Assembly (NCBI GenBank): GCA_018398765.1 | Contig: JAHBMJ010000037.1 | Span: 1-58,672, forward strand | Length of the DNA stretch: 58,672 nt | From: Chromera velia | Taxonomy: Eukaryota | Direction: 5' to 3' | Shown: positions 37,079 through 50,445 of the stretch, piece by piece | Position numbering within the stretch: the first letter of the stretch is position 1 | How the letters are laid out: each line of letters starts with the position of its first letter | The notes under the pieces: model-generated | Told to the model about the DNA's origin: nothing | The model's database searches: none | What the model saw: the letters and a program-made list of their open reading frames with translations, nothing else | Translations under genes and position numbers: made by a program

Positions 37079-40000
37079 CGACGGGTTGCACACTGACTCC
37101 AGCACAGAAGATGAGAGACCTAATCATTGCCGCCATGCATTTTTTGACACAAGATTCTTTCTGAATACTGCAGGTACGTACACCGAGAAGGAGGCCTCGA
37201 AGCTGGTTCATCTTCTTCTCTCCACTCTCAACTTCCTCCACGACCACGGAGTCATCCACAGAGACCTCAAACCTTCAAATGTCTTCCTCACATGTCCGTC
37301 TTTTCTTCGCCTCGATCCCGTGATAAGCAGATAGGCAGTCAGCCACCTTGTCTGTCAGGAAGAAGATGAAGAGTCGATCGTTGCTTTTTGTCTCATACTC
37401 AAATGAAGTGTCCCGTATCATTGGCCGACGTTGCCTTTGTAGACTTTCTGTAGAACTTTTGAGGTTCTTCGTTCGTTCTGGTGCGTTTCTGAACATAAGA
37501 GACATCCGCAAAGCCGAGAGAAAGATCTGATGCGCAGGCACACTTTCATGGAAAGCAGCATTCTTCCTCTTTTCTTCACCGTATCGGATTGCATGATGCT
37601 ACGAGAATCTTTCCAGTCGACATTATCTCCCCTTTGGTTTGCTGGGTCCTTCCTTCCCTTTTTCATGGCATGAATGCATCCAGACCTCTTCGAGAGACTT
37701 CTTGTACCTCTCGCTATCTTGCATGAGCGCGTGTGTGCAATGAACGACTGCATGCCTTTTCTCTTTTTGCCATGCATGCATGCGTGCAGCCGACACCCAC
37801 AGATCGACTGTGATTTTAGGGAACCTGCAGTCTGCTGCATTCGACGTTCCTTGGGTTGGTCGGTTGTTTGATTGTTTGGCTAGTCAAATGGGACGTTGAT
37901 TTGCAAGCCTTTTCCTTTTTTGTTTTTTTCTCTTTTTTTTGCGTCCGTCTCTTTCTTTGTTCATGGACCCGTTTCGGTGGTTTTCTTTTACTTTGTTTTC
38001 CGTTCGATTTTTCTCCCTGTCTGTCTCCATTTCTTCTTTCTGGTTTTCTCTTTTGTCTTTCCGAAGGGGCTCCGCTAGTCCTGCATGTGTCTCATTCACA
38101 CAGACTTCCTGCAGAGTGAATCCTAAACGAAACAAAACTGCCGGGGGCTACGGTGGAACTCGTATATTCTGCGTTTCCCACGAGCCAGGTTTCGTCCTTT
38201 CAGTCGAACCTTCGTCATTATGGAATCAGCTCCTTGGGGAAGTTGTTTTGCATACAGAACGCTGAAAACAAGAAGAAAAAGGGTGTGAATGAACTGAATG
38301 ATCGAATGAGTTGAATACTGCGACGTGCCTGCCTGCGTGCCTGGCTGCAGCCGATCCCTTTCAAAAACAAATACGGGTCCCCAGGGTATGTGGCCCCGGA
38401 GATTCTCAGAGAGCAGGCACACGACTCGAAGACGGACGTGTTTTCTGTTGGCGTTCTTCTGTTCATCGTCCTCTCGGGGAAACCCCCGTTCGCTCCGGGG
38501 AAAGCGGACAACAAGGGGGGCAGCGGACCTGGAAGCTATCAGGTCAGACAGACAGACCTTCAGATAGTCTGTTCCTGATTCTTGGAAGGAAGGAAGGAAG
38601 GAAGGAAGGAAGGCACTCACAGATCCACCTTTTGAGGCCTCCATTCTCTGAAGTCCTTCCTGTGTGAACAGACAGTTACTTGCCTCCCGGCCTCTTCCGG
38701 TGTGCATATGAGAAGAGGGAAGCCAAGCATCGACAGCTATGCGGCAGTCTCAGTTGACATCGTTTATCTCTTCTCCCCTGTGTCTGTGGCTGCGTGCATT
38801 CGGCCGTGTGTGAGAATCTGTGTATCTATTGGTTCGTTCCTTCTCGTGCAGGTATGGAAAGAAGTTCTGTTGAACAACGCCAGGTGCAACTGGAGTTTCG
38901 AGGACGAGGTATGGCTGAAGGTCTCGCCTGCAGCCAAACACCTCGTCACAGCGACTCTCCAGGTCTGTCTGTGCGTGCAATGGGGGGATCTTGGTTTGTT
39001 TCTTATAAGTTCTTCCTTCTTGGTTGTGCTCTGATCACCTTGTGTCAACATGCGAGGCGGTTACGTACCCACCCAGAGTGTGTAAGCAGTGTCCCGTCTC
39101 GCTCCGAATTAGCTTGTGTGCCGGCCTGCCTCTATGAGGCAAACAAACAAATTGGTGGCAGTCCACTTTCTTTCACGATTGCAGAACTATTCATCTGACG
39201 AACGTTATTGCATCATCTTCTGTATTGCAGGAATCACCTGAAGCTCGGCCAAAGGCAACGGAAGCGTTTCTCCATCCCTGGGTCCAACGTGAGTTTCATT
39301 CATCAAAAAAGAATGAACTATTTTTGTTCTTTTCTCACCAACCACATTCGGTTCCCTTCTTTTTTCTGCAGACACTTTCCACACACACTGGGGGGACTTT
39401 TCTGGTTCGCTTCTTTGCTCGTTGAGACCGAGTCTTCGTGTGAGCTCATATCTCCTACTTCTTCTTTCCTTCTCGTCCGTTTCTTCTCTTCGCTTCTTTG
39501 TTTGTCTGTTCAGAGTTTGGTGTCACGCGGTGGAGACGGAGGCTGAGCATCGGAGTCGGGGTCAGTCCCCCGGAGTCTCCAGAGGGAGGAGAGACTCAGT
39601 TGTCAGCAGAGGGGGAGGTGGAGGACGAAGCCGCGTTGGAACAGACGAACCGGGAGATATCCACCTCCTGGTTGAGTAACCTAAAGCTCTGGAGCACCCA
39701 GCAGGCAAACTCTTCTTCTTCCTGTTCACCCCCTAATACCACTAGGAGTCCCCCTGCACAGGCAAAGAACACCAAGAAGAAAGCGCCGGGGTCCCCTGCG
39801 CAGTGGGAAGGGGGGGGAGAGAGCGAAAAGGGAGAGAGAGATCCAAGCCGATCCAAACCGAGGGGAAACCGCTCTCTCAGGGCGGTGTCACTGCACTCCA
39901 ACGGAGAATTCAAATCAAAATCGGAAGGGAGATCTCCTCCCGTCTCTCCGGAGGCAGGAGGCTGGCATTACCAGTCGGTTGCCGAGGCTTCTCCTCCCTC

Positions 40001-43000
40001 TGCAGGAGGGGGGGGAGAATTAGGTCTGAGTACAGGTACGAATTCCCGCCCTGCAATGAGACGTTCGGATTCTCGTCGCAGGTCTTCGGTGGCCTTCAGC
40101 AGTCTGGTGGCACACGAGGGGGGCACAGTCGGGTATATTTCTGACTTTGCACAGCAGGGAAGCAACAGAGCTTACACGCTCTCTGCGGCTACCCGTGCGT
40201 CCCCTGTGACTTTCTCAATGGCCTCCCGTCCTTCTTCCCAGGCGGCAGGGTCGGCTCCTCGAAGTCCTGCGGGGTTCGGGTATGTGCCTACGTGGAGGGG
40301 TGAGAAGAAGAAGGATGATAAGCTGACGGTCAGTTTGGATATTCCAGGACAGAGCTAGGCAGAGGGAGGATTTAGGGGGTTTTGTTTTTCATTTAAGTGG
40401 ACAGAGAAAGGATGAGCTGAAGAATTTGGGAGGGAACAAGTAGGAGTCTCTTCTCATCTGCCGCCTTTTTGTGTTCCTTCCTGTGACATTCAGATAGTTG
40501 CATTGTTTGCACATGCAGAGAGGGACGCAGAATCGATCCAAGGCAGATGCTGAAGTTCCATGCATCGCCTCACTCAGCGTAGGGGCTGCTGAATGCCTGT
40601 TTTGTTTGTTTCGTTGTGTTTGATTCTCGCAGCCTCCTGGAATGCACCAGCGATCGCAAACTCGTCGAAACACTTCTCCGGCACTTCTCTGGTCCTGCGA
40701 CGCGACGGTGGACCTCCAGTCTCCTCAGGAGTCAGTCAGGCAGGCGGGCAGGCCTTTGTGGATTTTCAGTCTTCCGTACGTACTTGCTCTGCCGCGCATG
40801 TGCGCATCTGGAGACTCCTGCGTGCACGCTCCGGGACACCGTTCTTGATCATTTCATTTAACGCTCTCTCTGAGTTTAGTTGCTTTGAATCCTTCCTTTC
40901 ACTGCCTGTCCTCCCACCTTCGTCATGCTGGAGATCTCTGCATCACTTTTGTTTCTGCCATCCTTTCTCACTCCCCCTTCGTTTCCCCCTTCCTCACTCG
41001 CATGTGCAGGAGAGAGTCCACTCTCGACCCTGGTCCTCATCCGTCTTCCCCCGAGCCTGTGAGCTTGAGGATGCGGCGGGCCAGAAGGGTGCGCACGCTG
41101 GGTGACTCACCCATCAACCCGGGGCAGATTTCCGAACTTCTCTCGAGGATGCAGGAAGACAACGGGACGGGATCCATCAAAACGCCCCCCCGCATGAAGT
41201 GCAACACAAGACTCCAATTCACCCCCTCGACGGGAAGACGCAACCTCGTCAAGGGCAAAAAGCCCATCGCTGAAGCCTTTTGGGGGAGCCAGGGGACATT
41301 GGACCAGTCTTCGGTTTCAGGTGTCCCCAGTGCTACCCTCTCGCCTCCGATCATGAAGAGAAAAATCGCCTCAGACATCATGAAGGTCATCCCTCCTCCT
41401 TTCACCTCGTCCTTTCCCCTGCCTGAAAGATTCCGTTCTCCAAAGGCATCCAATGCCGGCATGAGTGCAGGGCAGGTCCATGTCCTTGCAATGGCAGCAG
41501 AGGCAGCAGGGCAGCAGCCAACCTCCTCTCAGGACACCCCTCGAGACCCACCCACTTCCTGTGCCGACTCCGGCATATTTTCGGACAATGAACACAGGGA
41601 GCAACAGGCCTTGACACCCAACGAGGACAGACCCCTCACCGCAGCTGACAATGGCATTGGCTCCCCCGGAGGACCTGCGGAGTCCCCCACTGAGTTGGTG
41701 ACCCCTTCTGATTGGCTGTCCAATGCAGGGGCATCTGCTGAAGGGGCTGCACTTGCTCAGGCTGCTCCGACCAACGGAGGTGGAGGAAAGCAAAGGGTTC
41801 GACGGAGACTTCCGAGCAACCAAAAGACCTCCGGACTCGCCAGTGCGGCCACCAAAGCAGCTGAGGCTCTCGCACATCCTCCCAACCTCCTCAGAAGCCC
41901 TCCCGGTTCTCCCCTCACCCAACCAACCGAGAGTCCCTCTGCCTCTTTTGCAGATCCAGACCTCCAACCCAAACACATTCAAGTTGCGTCTCCTCTATCG
42001 GACCAGGGCCAAAGCCGATGGGGGGCCTCTCGTCAACGTCGTCGCTTCCCCTCCATACCCAGAGGACCGCAATCGGGGGCTACCTGTGAGGAAAGAAACA
42101 ACAGGCATGCATCCGACAGTCAACCGTCTCGAAACTCCGTGCCCGCACCCGCATTCTCGGAGGGGACCACAATCTCCTTAACCGACTACGAGCCCCCCAT
42201 GGTACCTGGAGAGCACGCAGCCGAGCACGACAGCAACATAGGGGATGTCAAGATCGACAAGAAACTATCCCTCACCTCCGAAGCCTCCCATCAGCCGACC
42301 GAAGACACTCGACCGAAAGAGAAACGCACAGACTTCTCTCGCACCGCCACCCCCCGAGGGTCGTTGACCATCAAAACCGCCAGGGCCAAACTCCAGGAGG
42401 GAATACAACTGCATCACCGTAGTCGATCCTTATTTGTCCGCACATCAGACACAGGCATCACCTTCGCGACAGAAGACGACGGGGAAGAGAAGCCGTCATC
42501 CGTCAAATCATACGGCAGTCCCAGGAGTGACTCCGCATCAAGACCTCACTCCCGTAAAGTCACTGCAGCAGCAGCCCGAGCGTGGGAGGAGACGGGTACT
42601 TTGGAGGATGGGAAGGAGATCGATGAGGATAATGACGATAATTCTCTTCTTCGAACTCCAGATGAGCATAGGGACTTCTCATCGATTCTGCTGTCTGCCA
42701 GAATGGACCCCAGGAAAATCAGACAAGTCACAGAAAGCACAGACGCCTCACGTCGTGTTGCAACTAAGTTCGAGGCCTGGCTTGCAAAAGAAGACACCAG
42801 CAAAATGCCGGTCTTGCGAACAGATGCCAAGGTCACAAAGAGGCAGAAGGACCACACGAGTCATGCCGTCTCGAATACAGCCTTTGAGGTGAAAGTCTGT
42901 AACCGTCAGCCGTCTCCAGAAGAACCACAAGACCCCCCACCCCCCGTGAAGTCCCCTGGTACGAACGCTGCCCCTCCCGGATCGACCAATTCACCCCCGC

Positions 43001-45150
43001 CCCTCCATGCTCTACTGCCCTCTGCCATCAGCAAGTCTTCCCCTCCCGAGCTCGCTCCACAACACGCAGCTGATCCGGCATCACCAGAGATTGTTGCAAG
43101 CGCCTCTGCAGCGGGAAAAGCCTCTCATGAATGTTCTGCCCCGGAGGAGGGGATGCAGAAAGGAGAACCGACTCTCGTTCCGAGAGGTGCAACACCAGTC
43201 AACAAAGCTGAGCATGCCACAGACAGTGCTCCTGCCTCCCCGGCTGCTGCCCACCATCTGATCCCGCCCCTGCAGGCAGGAGCACAGAGAGGAGGAGGAG
43301 TCCCAGAGAGGCAGCAGCACAGAATGTCACAAGACATCCGCCCCGAGATGAGGGACACTCGTGGATTTCCCATGGGAGTCGCGGGATTTCTCTCCAAACT
43401 TGATGGGGGGGCAGAACATGCAAAGCAAAACAAAATCGAAGAAGAAGCTGACCATCAGGTCTTGACAGAAGACGAGAGAGTGACTGTCGATTCAAGTTCA
43501 AATCAGTCCGAGGGAGAGGAGCCCCCGTCCCCAAAAGCCCCCCCCCCTCCGAGGATCCGTAAGGGGTCTACGACGGTCATGGACACCGCCAGTGCCTCTG
43601 GAGTGGGCAGCAGCTCAGAGGGAAGACGGCTGCCGAATCAGCCGGTTCTCCTCATTGCACGAACCCTACAGGAGATGTGCACTGCTGCCCAAACAGATTG
43701 GGACCAGATACTCCATAAACACCCGGAGGTCGAGAGAAGAGCGTGGGAAATGCCGGCAAATCTCAGAGCTCATGCGACTGCTGAGCAATGGGAGTGTCTG
43801 CAGTGTCCTACTGTATCCTCCTCCCTTGAAGGCAAATGCAAGAGGGCGGAGGACATTACAGACCAGGTGCGATCTCTGATGGAGGCGCGCAACAAGCGCC
43901 AGCCCATCATCATGACAGGGAAAGAGACGGGTAAGGCGAAGGAAGTACTGAAAGATCTCGCAGAGAAGCAGAGAACTACTGCAGCCGCAGCAAGCCGCAA
44001 CCCGACTGTCCGTCCTCACACCATTGACGGCTTGGAGGTATCACAGCACTTGACGATATTAAAAGCAGGGTCTCCAGATTTGACCATACTCAATCCTGGC
44101 TCTCTGGCTGAGTTGTTCGGACCTCCTCCAGTAAACCCCCCGGGCGCTTCTGCTCCCGAGAGGAAGAAGAAAGAGAAGGGGAAAGGATCAGAAGGGGGGT
44201 ACGCAAAAGAGATGGGGAGATCGAGAAGCTCAAGAGACTCTAGGAAGGACAAACAAAGAAGGAAATCTCGATACGGAGGTCGGGTGATTTACCTTGAAGA
44301 CATCAGAGGGGGGGGTATGGGTGGGAGGGGTCCGATGGGACTGGATGGGGCGGGAGACGTTGGTTTGTCTGATCACCCGCTTCAAAATTTTCTGGAGGAA
44401 TGTTTGCAGTTGTTGGGTCTGGAATCTTTCTGTTCGATGAACATTCCGTCGATTTTTGGATTCTTATGTCAGGAGGAAAAGGAAATATTCGGGGGTCAAA
44501 GGGAAGCTTTGAGAGGGGGACAGAGACGGGGTAGAAGGGAGACACGGGGAAATGTTTCAGCAGGGGAACGAGAAAGAGGTCTGTCGAGGTCTTCCAAAGC
44601 TCGCACAAAGGACTCTCAGGAAAAAGGTGGCAAGAGAGAGAGAAAAACGTTCTCGAAGATGCTCAAGCTTGACGACCATCTTGACCTTGATTTTTGGGCT
44701 TCCAACGAGGGGGGTGGGTTTTTTCTGTTTTCGTGGATTTGCGAATATTTCAGCAATAACGAGAATGAATTCATCGATGCGGGGAGGGGAGGAATGCGAC
44801 AGAATGGGGGGGAAAGGGAGAGGGGGCAACTCCGAAGCCGTCGACGATTTCCACTCAAAGAGTCACCTTCCTCATCTTTCAATCAGCCCATGCCTATGCA
44901 GCCTGCTGTCGTCGCACCCTCGTGTAGAGGCAGCAAGAGAGACGGTAAACACAAAGGGGGGAGGTGGGATGACGGTATGATCGAAGTGGAGAGTGAGGAG
45001 GACTTGAGTCTGGGTGCTCTTGAACGTGCTCAGAAAGAGGGGAGGGGAAGGGGACTGGGCGGGTGGGTATCAACGGAGATTCTTCTCTTTTGTCTTGTCC
45101 TTCTGAGTCTGATCCTAACGGTAGGGAGTATCTGGACGTTTTCAAATTAG
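34151..45150 (+). CDS. Large CaMK-group kinase-like protein (probable pseudokinase), ~2,392 aa, with C-terminal TM helix; exons 34151-35485, 35876-35947, 36316-36368, 36744-36862, 37174-37293, 37790-37854, 38351-38542, 38852-38962, 39231-39288, 39514-40328, 40633-40730, 41010-45150
   Basis: All 11 introns are GT-AG with matching phases. Kinase motifs ARELQLHRRINHPGIRRL, GGDLLDHL, HRDLKPSN, GSPGYVAPE, DVFSVGV, GKPPF, VSPAAKHLV, HPW. Ends in ILLFCLVLLSLILTVGSIWTFSN. Joining of the last two exons is a model; the gene could instead stop at 40358. Confidence 0.75.
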
Positions 45151-46666
45151 CCGAATGAATGCATAAATCAGTTTGCATGTCGAAGTGACCAGTGGACGGT
45201 CACACAAGAAAGACCAGACCTTCAAACTGGATGCATGATCGACTTTCTTTCATTCCGGTGTGCACGCGATCTTCTTCTTAAGAACTTCTGACGTTTACTT
45301 GGCGCCCGGCAGTCGCTCAATATGTGCATTCGCCATACCGTAAAAAAACTGCTGACCAAGCTTGGAAAAGTCAATATGTCATTGAAAGAAAAACCTCAGC
45401 AGTCAACCTTTAAAAAGTGGGGGCATGAGTACGTGCCTGTCTGTCTGCCTGCCTTGTTGCTTGCTTGCTTGCTTGTGTACCTGCCTGTCTGTCTGTGTGC
45501 ACAATAAAGAGGTAGGAAGGGAGCGATGGATGACTCTCTGTGATTCGCAGAACACGGGGCTCTCTCTAGATCTGATTTGAGGGGTAGGGAATGAGGAAAG
45601 AATGAATGAATGTAGGACAGAAAGTACGTGCTCGTGCGAAGGGCATGAGGGTGCATGCGAAGCTGAGATGTGCCATCTTGCCATTGTAAGGTCGAGTGCG
45701 TCTGTTTGAGTGTGGCCGAGTTACTCGCCACTATGCTTCTCAGTCAGTCTCCATTCCCTCCTGGATCCATGCCTCTCAGAGGCAGATCGATCGTGCAGTC
45801 GCCTTGACGTCTCTATGCACTGGTCTCTTTCTTACTAGTTCATTCTTTATTCGAGTTGTATGTTTCCCCTTTTGCCTTCTTGTCAACCTACCTCCCTTTC
45901 TTAACTCTTTCGTCTTGTGTTCAGTGTCTGCGCATGTGTGAGGGCAAATTAAGGTGGACAGAGAATTAAAGCAATCTGAATCTTGTCGACAGAAGCGGGC
46001 GCACTGCCGAGATCAGACCGTCTGACTGACTGTTTGTGTGAACTCACACCTCATTTTATCACGGGAGGGTGTCAGAAAGAGGCTCTGGTTGCCTGTGTTC
46101 CTTCGAGGTGCTGACGAGCTTTCTTTCTGTCTTGCCGAAGAAGCGGTTGGGTGGCCACTGCTGTTTTGAGGCAGCCAGTGGTCCGACGAGCTAGGCGAGG
46201 AAATCATCATTCCGTCACAGTGGTCCTTATGATTGGATCTCCTTGTCATGTATTTCACTCTGTACTGTACTGTAGTGCACTTTCTTCCTCGCGCGGTGAG
46301 AAGCTTCACATACTTTGAGCGAGATTGAAGCAGTGCACACCACGAAGGCGGGGGGGTGACTAATTTACATCCAGGGTCGTGAGTGTTTTGAAATATAAGT
46401 TTACCAAACTCATGACCGCTTACTTAAGTTGCATGGTAACCGATGTCTAATTGTCGTAATTGATTGTTTAATTCGATACTGTTAATTATATAATATTGTA
46501 TCAAGCTTATGATTCAAAGTTATGTTTAAATTTGAATTTTGAAGTTTAATTAGTTAAGAGCTTTTAATAATCTTTGCTTGTGCGACTGTTCCATCTTTAG
46601 CTAGTGATCTTAGTTTAAAAAATGTCTGTTTTAAACTAGGTCTTAAATTATTGAAACATATTTAGC

Positions 46667-49600
46667 TGTGGAGTCCTACCCTATGGCGCCGCCCTCTGGA
46701 CCCTCGTATACGCTATATCTGAATAAACCCGGGTGCCGATGTCACGCCCCGCCACCGCACGTATACGCAGTCTGCCTATATGTGTCGCACTCGCGATCGA
46801 AGCTCTGCGCATGCATGTAAGTCTACGTTTGGCCTCTTTAGCAACATGTTGTCTGAGCAACATCCTATGGCAGGGTTTGAGTTGAAGTCAGCCAAAGTCA
46901 TTGAATCTCTAGTTGAACCTATAGAGTCGGATTCATATGGAGTCGAAAGAAGTCTGAAGACAAAGCTTGATAAAACCTCTTAGAGGCAAATTAGGATTGA
47001 GACCTCGTTTGCATGAACCTGTAAGGTGTTGCTTAAGTTAGTGTTGCTTACGTTCCTTCTCTAGATCTTCCCCAGGGTTCTTGTCCTCGCTTTACCTTCT
47101 GTCTGGACGCCACAAGGCGGCTGGACAGGAGGGACAAAGCATTGTGGTGAACGCTTAGCTCGATCAGTATCGACTCTTATGTACCTTCTGTGATGGAGAC
47201 CAAATCTGTCCTTTTGTGCAACAGTTAGAAACCGCGATTGCACAATATGGGTACCTAGATGGGCACGGTCAGGCAAAGACTATGAGTGGGGGAATTCAGC
47301 GTCCTCTTGCGTCCTAAAGTGCCCGAGCCCTCTTTTCGAGATCATCGTGATGGACTGGGAACTCGGGGTGGCGTTTTTGATTCAAAAAGTGGATCGGAGA
47401 CCCCTGCATGGAACCGATCGTGGAGATATTGCTTAGTGTTGCTTGGACTTTGGAGTGACTCCATCTCACAGAGATTGCCGTCTACGAGTGCATCACAAAT
47501 AAAACGGCCAGTAGATTGCTTCTTTTGCTTGCTGTTCTGTGAGCGTATGACTAGTTCTGTACCTGATCGATAGGAACCGGCATGTGCATATCCGGCGTTG
47601 ACTCTGCTGTTTGCTGCGTACGTATTTGCACATGACTGACTGTCCATATTTGGTCTGACTCTGTCAGCTGGTGTGTGTACTTATTTATGGTGGTTGGCAC
47701 CTTTGTGCAATAATCCTTTTATGTTGAAATGATGCGAAAGGTATGGGTGCTTAGCAGGAGGCTGAGTATGCCACGGCCCTACGACCACTCCATCCATTGT
47801 ATACATATGCACATGAAGTCGTCAGGACTTCCTTCTAAGAGAGCGAAGCTGAGAGAGTTCTTTCTGCTGCAAAGTAACACGCTGTCGGAAGCTGAGAAGA
47901 CTTGCACTTTCGATCTTGATGGTGAACCAGGAGGCATTAGATGTATTTGATGTCCTTGAGGGAATGGCAGGCCTGAAGTATGAAAAGTCAAGTGTGTGAC
48001 TGCTGCCACATGGCCGGGTTGCCCTATGATGGGTCGATATGTCCCGGTTACACCGTTCCTCTCGATTGATAGTAAGAAGGTGGAAGGATTTGAAGCTGGT
48101 GATGGCTGCTCATGAAGTAAACAATTGAACAATCAGAGCAATGCACCTCGAGGAGTGAGTTCGTAGTAGAGTGTTCTAAAGTCACTTGGTTTGGCATAGT
48201 AGCTTAGTGAGAACGAGGATGGCTGACACCCAAACAGGCTTTCAGAAAGCCATGAATGGAGCAGTGTGTAGCTGCACTCTTTTTTTTTCTCTTTATCCCT
48301 TTGCAGCTGTTAACAATTCTATGACGCCGAGTTGGAGGCATACGCATAGCCGCCGTGCTTCCAAACTGGCTGGTGCTGGAGACCCACGACTCCGATCGAG
48401 TCTTCCGGTTGACGACATACACACACGGTAGACGAGTGCTCTTATTGGTGCCACTAGTATCTGCATCACATACCTATGTCTGGATGATTTTGGACTTGCA
48501 AGCACGTCTCACACATCGTGGTGTTTTTAAATCGTTCTGAGTGTACGTACGGAGGTGATTTGCGTGGCCCCCCGGAGATTTTAGACATGAATGCTATCGA
48601 GATGAAGTTTTTGAAGCTCTAACAACATCTATGGCGACTTAGATGAGATCGACTTCGGGCATTGAAACGCATGCTCGACCCGTTCTTTCACGCAACGCGG
48701 CAGCGGGTCATACAGATGTGCATAGACCAATTAGAACCCGCCGCCAGACCTTAACCGGCTCAAAACTTTCGAGGGGAAAAGGAACAGCCCTCTGTTCCCT
48801 TTTCCCTCCTGGACTCAAAACAACGACCCTAGGAGACGTCAGTTCGCCTCTCTAGACTCTCTCTAGCTGCTTGGTGTAGAAAAAACGACTCCCAGACTCT
48901 CAGGGAGTCCAAAAAACAGACGTCTGAGGTTTGACATCTAAAGAGGCTAAAGTGGCCTTCCTGGACTCAGAAGTTCAGAAAGGGCTGTGGTATATCAATG
49001 ATGATAAAATGCATACCAACACGCTCCATCTGGTCCAGGCAACTTAGTTCCAACAGGGGATAAGGAATGGTTGATGCACTGTGGACTTCAACTGACAAGT
49101 CTGCTCATGAACAGAAAGATACACTCCAGATGGCGCCCTATGTCAAATTGCCAGAAGGGCCTTTTCCTTTTTGAGCACTTCAAACCTGCAGCCATCGTAC
49201 AAAGGTACTGCCCAACACTCATATGCTCCTGTCTGGAGGGAAAAAGCAGGACAGAACCACTTACCGGGAGAGCTGGAGGTCGATTAATACCCCTGAGACG
49301 CCAATTCTCCACAACAGGAAGACAAAACAATCTCGCCTTCCCACAACCAGCAGACTCATCAAGAACCTATCCCGCTGGCCTGGGAGGATGACAACAGACA
49401 TAGGGCATTGGGCAAAATTGCTGGGGATCGATTCTGCGGCCTCTTGGTAGAAAGAAGGAATGTTGCTTTGGAGGCCTGGGAGGTACTTTCCTGACTGGTC
49501 CAGACTGGAGCTGCCAGACACGCCAAAGCAGATCAACTGCGCCACAAGACTTCACTCCGACACAAAGGCAAGCTGTCTAGTACTAATGAAGCAGAATTAT

Positions 49601-50445
49601 GCCAGTTTGACCATCGGTACTGCTCTACACAACAAGGTAGACAGGAAGGGACAAGAGGATGAAATGACCCTTCTCTGTGTGTTGGTGTGCTTTTTGAGCA
49701 TTCTAAGCATTTCTGAGCACAATTTTGGGATTTTGAGAGTGGCCCCGGAAAGTTTTGGCCCAAATTCTTGCACCAACGCACTCAACGGCCTCTGGGAACC
49801 AATTTGATGCCTTTTTGGGCCCTGGGCGCCGCCAGAATCGCGTGGACCGGCTTAACTGGCTCAAAAATTTCAGACCCTTCTAATTGGTCCATACACATCT
49901 GTATAACCACCTTCCGCGTTGTGTGCATTTATCGCAAGGACACGATTTCCCTATCCGTGGCCGGGGGGGATCTGTGGAGTCCTACCCTGTGGCGCTGCCC
50001 TCTGGACCCTTGTATGCACTGTATCTGAATGAGCCCGTATGCTAACGTTATGCCCCGCCGCCGCGCGTATACGCAGTGTGCCTGTACGTGTCGTACTCGA
50101 TCGAAGCTCTGCGCATGCATGTAAGTCTACGTTTGGCCTCTTTAGCAACATGTTGTCTGAGCAATATCCTATGGCAGGGTTTGAGTTGAAGTCAGCCGAA
50201 GTTATTGAATCTCTAGTTGAACCTATAGAGTCGGATTCATGTAGAGTCGAAAGAAGTCTAAAGACAAAGCTTGATAGAACCTCTTAGAGACAAATTACGA
50301 TTGAAACCTCGTTTACATGAACCTGTAAGGCGTTGCTTAAGTTAGTGTTGCTCACGTTCCTTCTCTAGATCTTCCCCAGGGTTCTTGTCCTCGCTTTACC
50401 TTCTGTTTGAACGCCATAAGGCGGCTAGACAGGAGAAACAAAGCA
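46667..50445 (+). mobile_element. Non-autonomous or heavily decayed LTR retroelement (3.8 kb)
   Basis: LTRs 46667-47141 and 49973-50445 (TG...CA). 4-bp TSD TAGC. PBS-like TGGTGAACGC after the left LTR and G-rich PPT before the right LTR. Only a faint GPF-like integrase-tail remnant near 49140-49250. Confidence 0.93.

Noticed and set aside
40885..41009. 5' extension of the 1421-aa ORF as a gene start
   Set aside because: It starts at a non-ATG codon in a pyrimidine-rich stretch ending in a TGCAG acceptor, so it is best read as intron.
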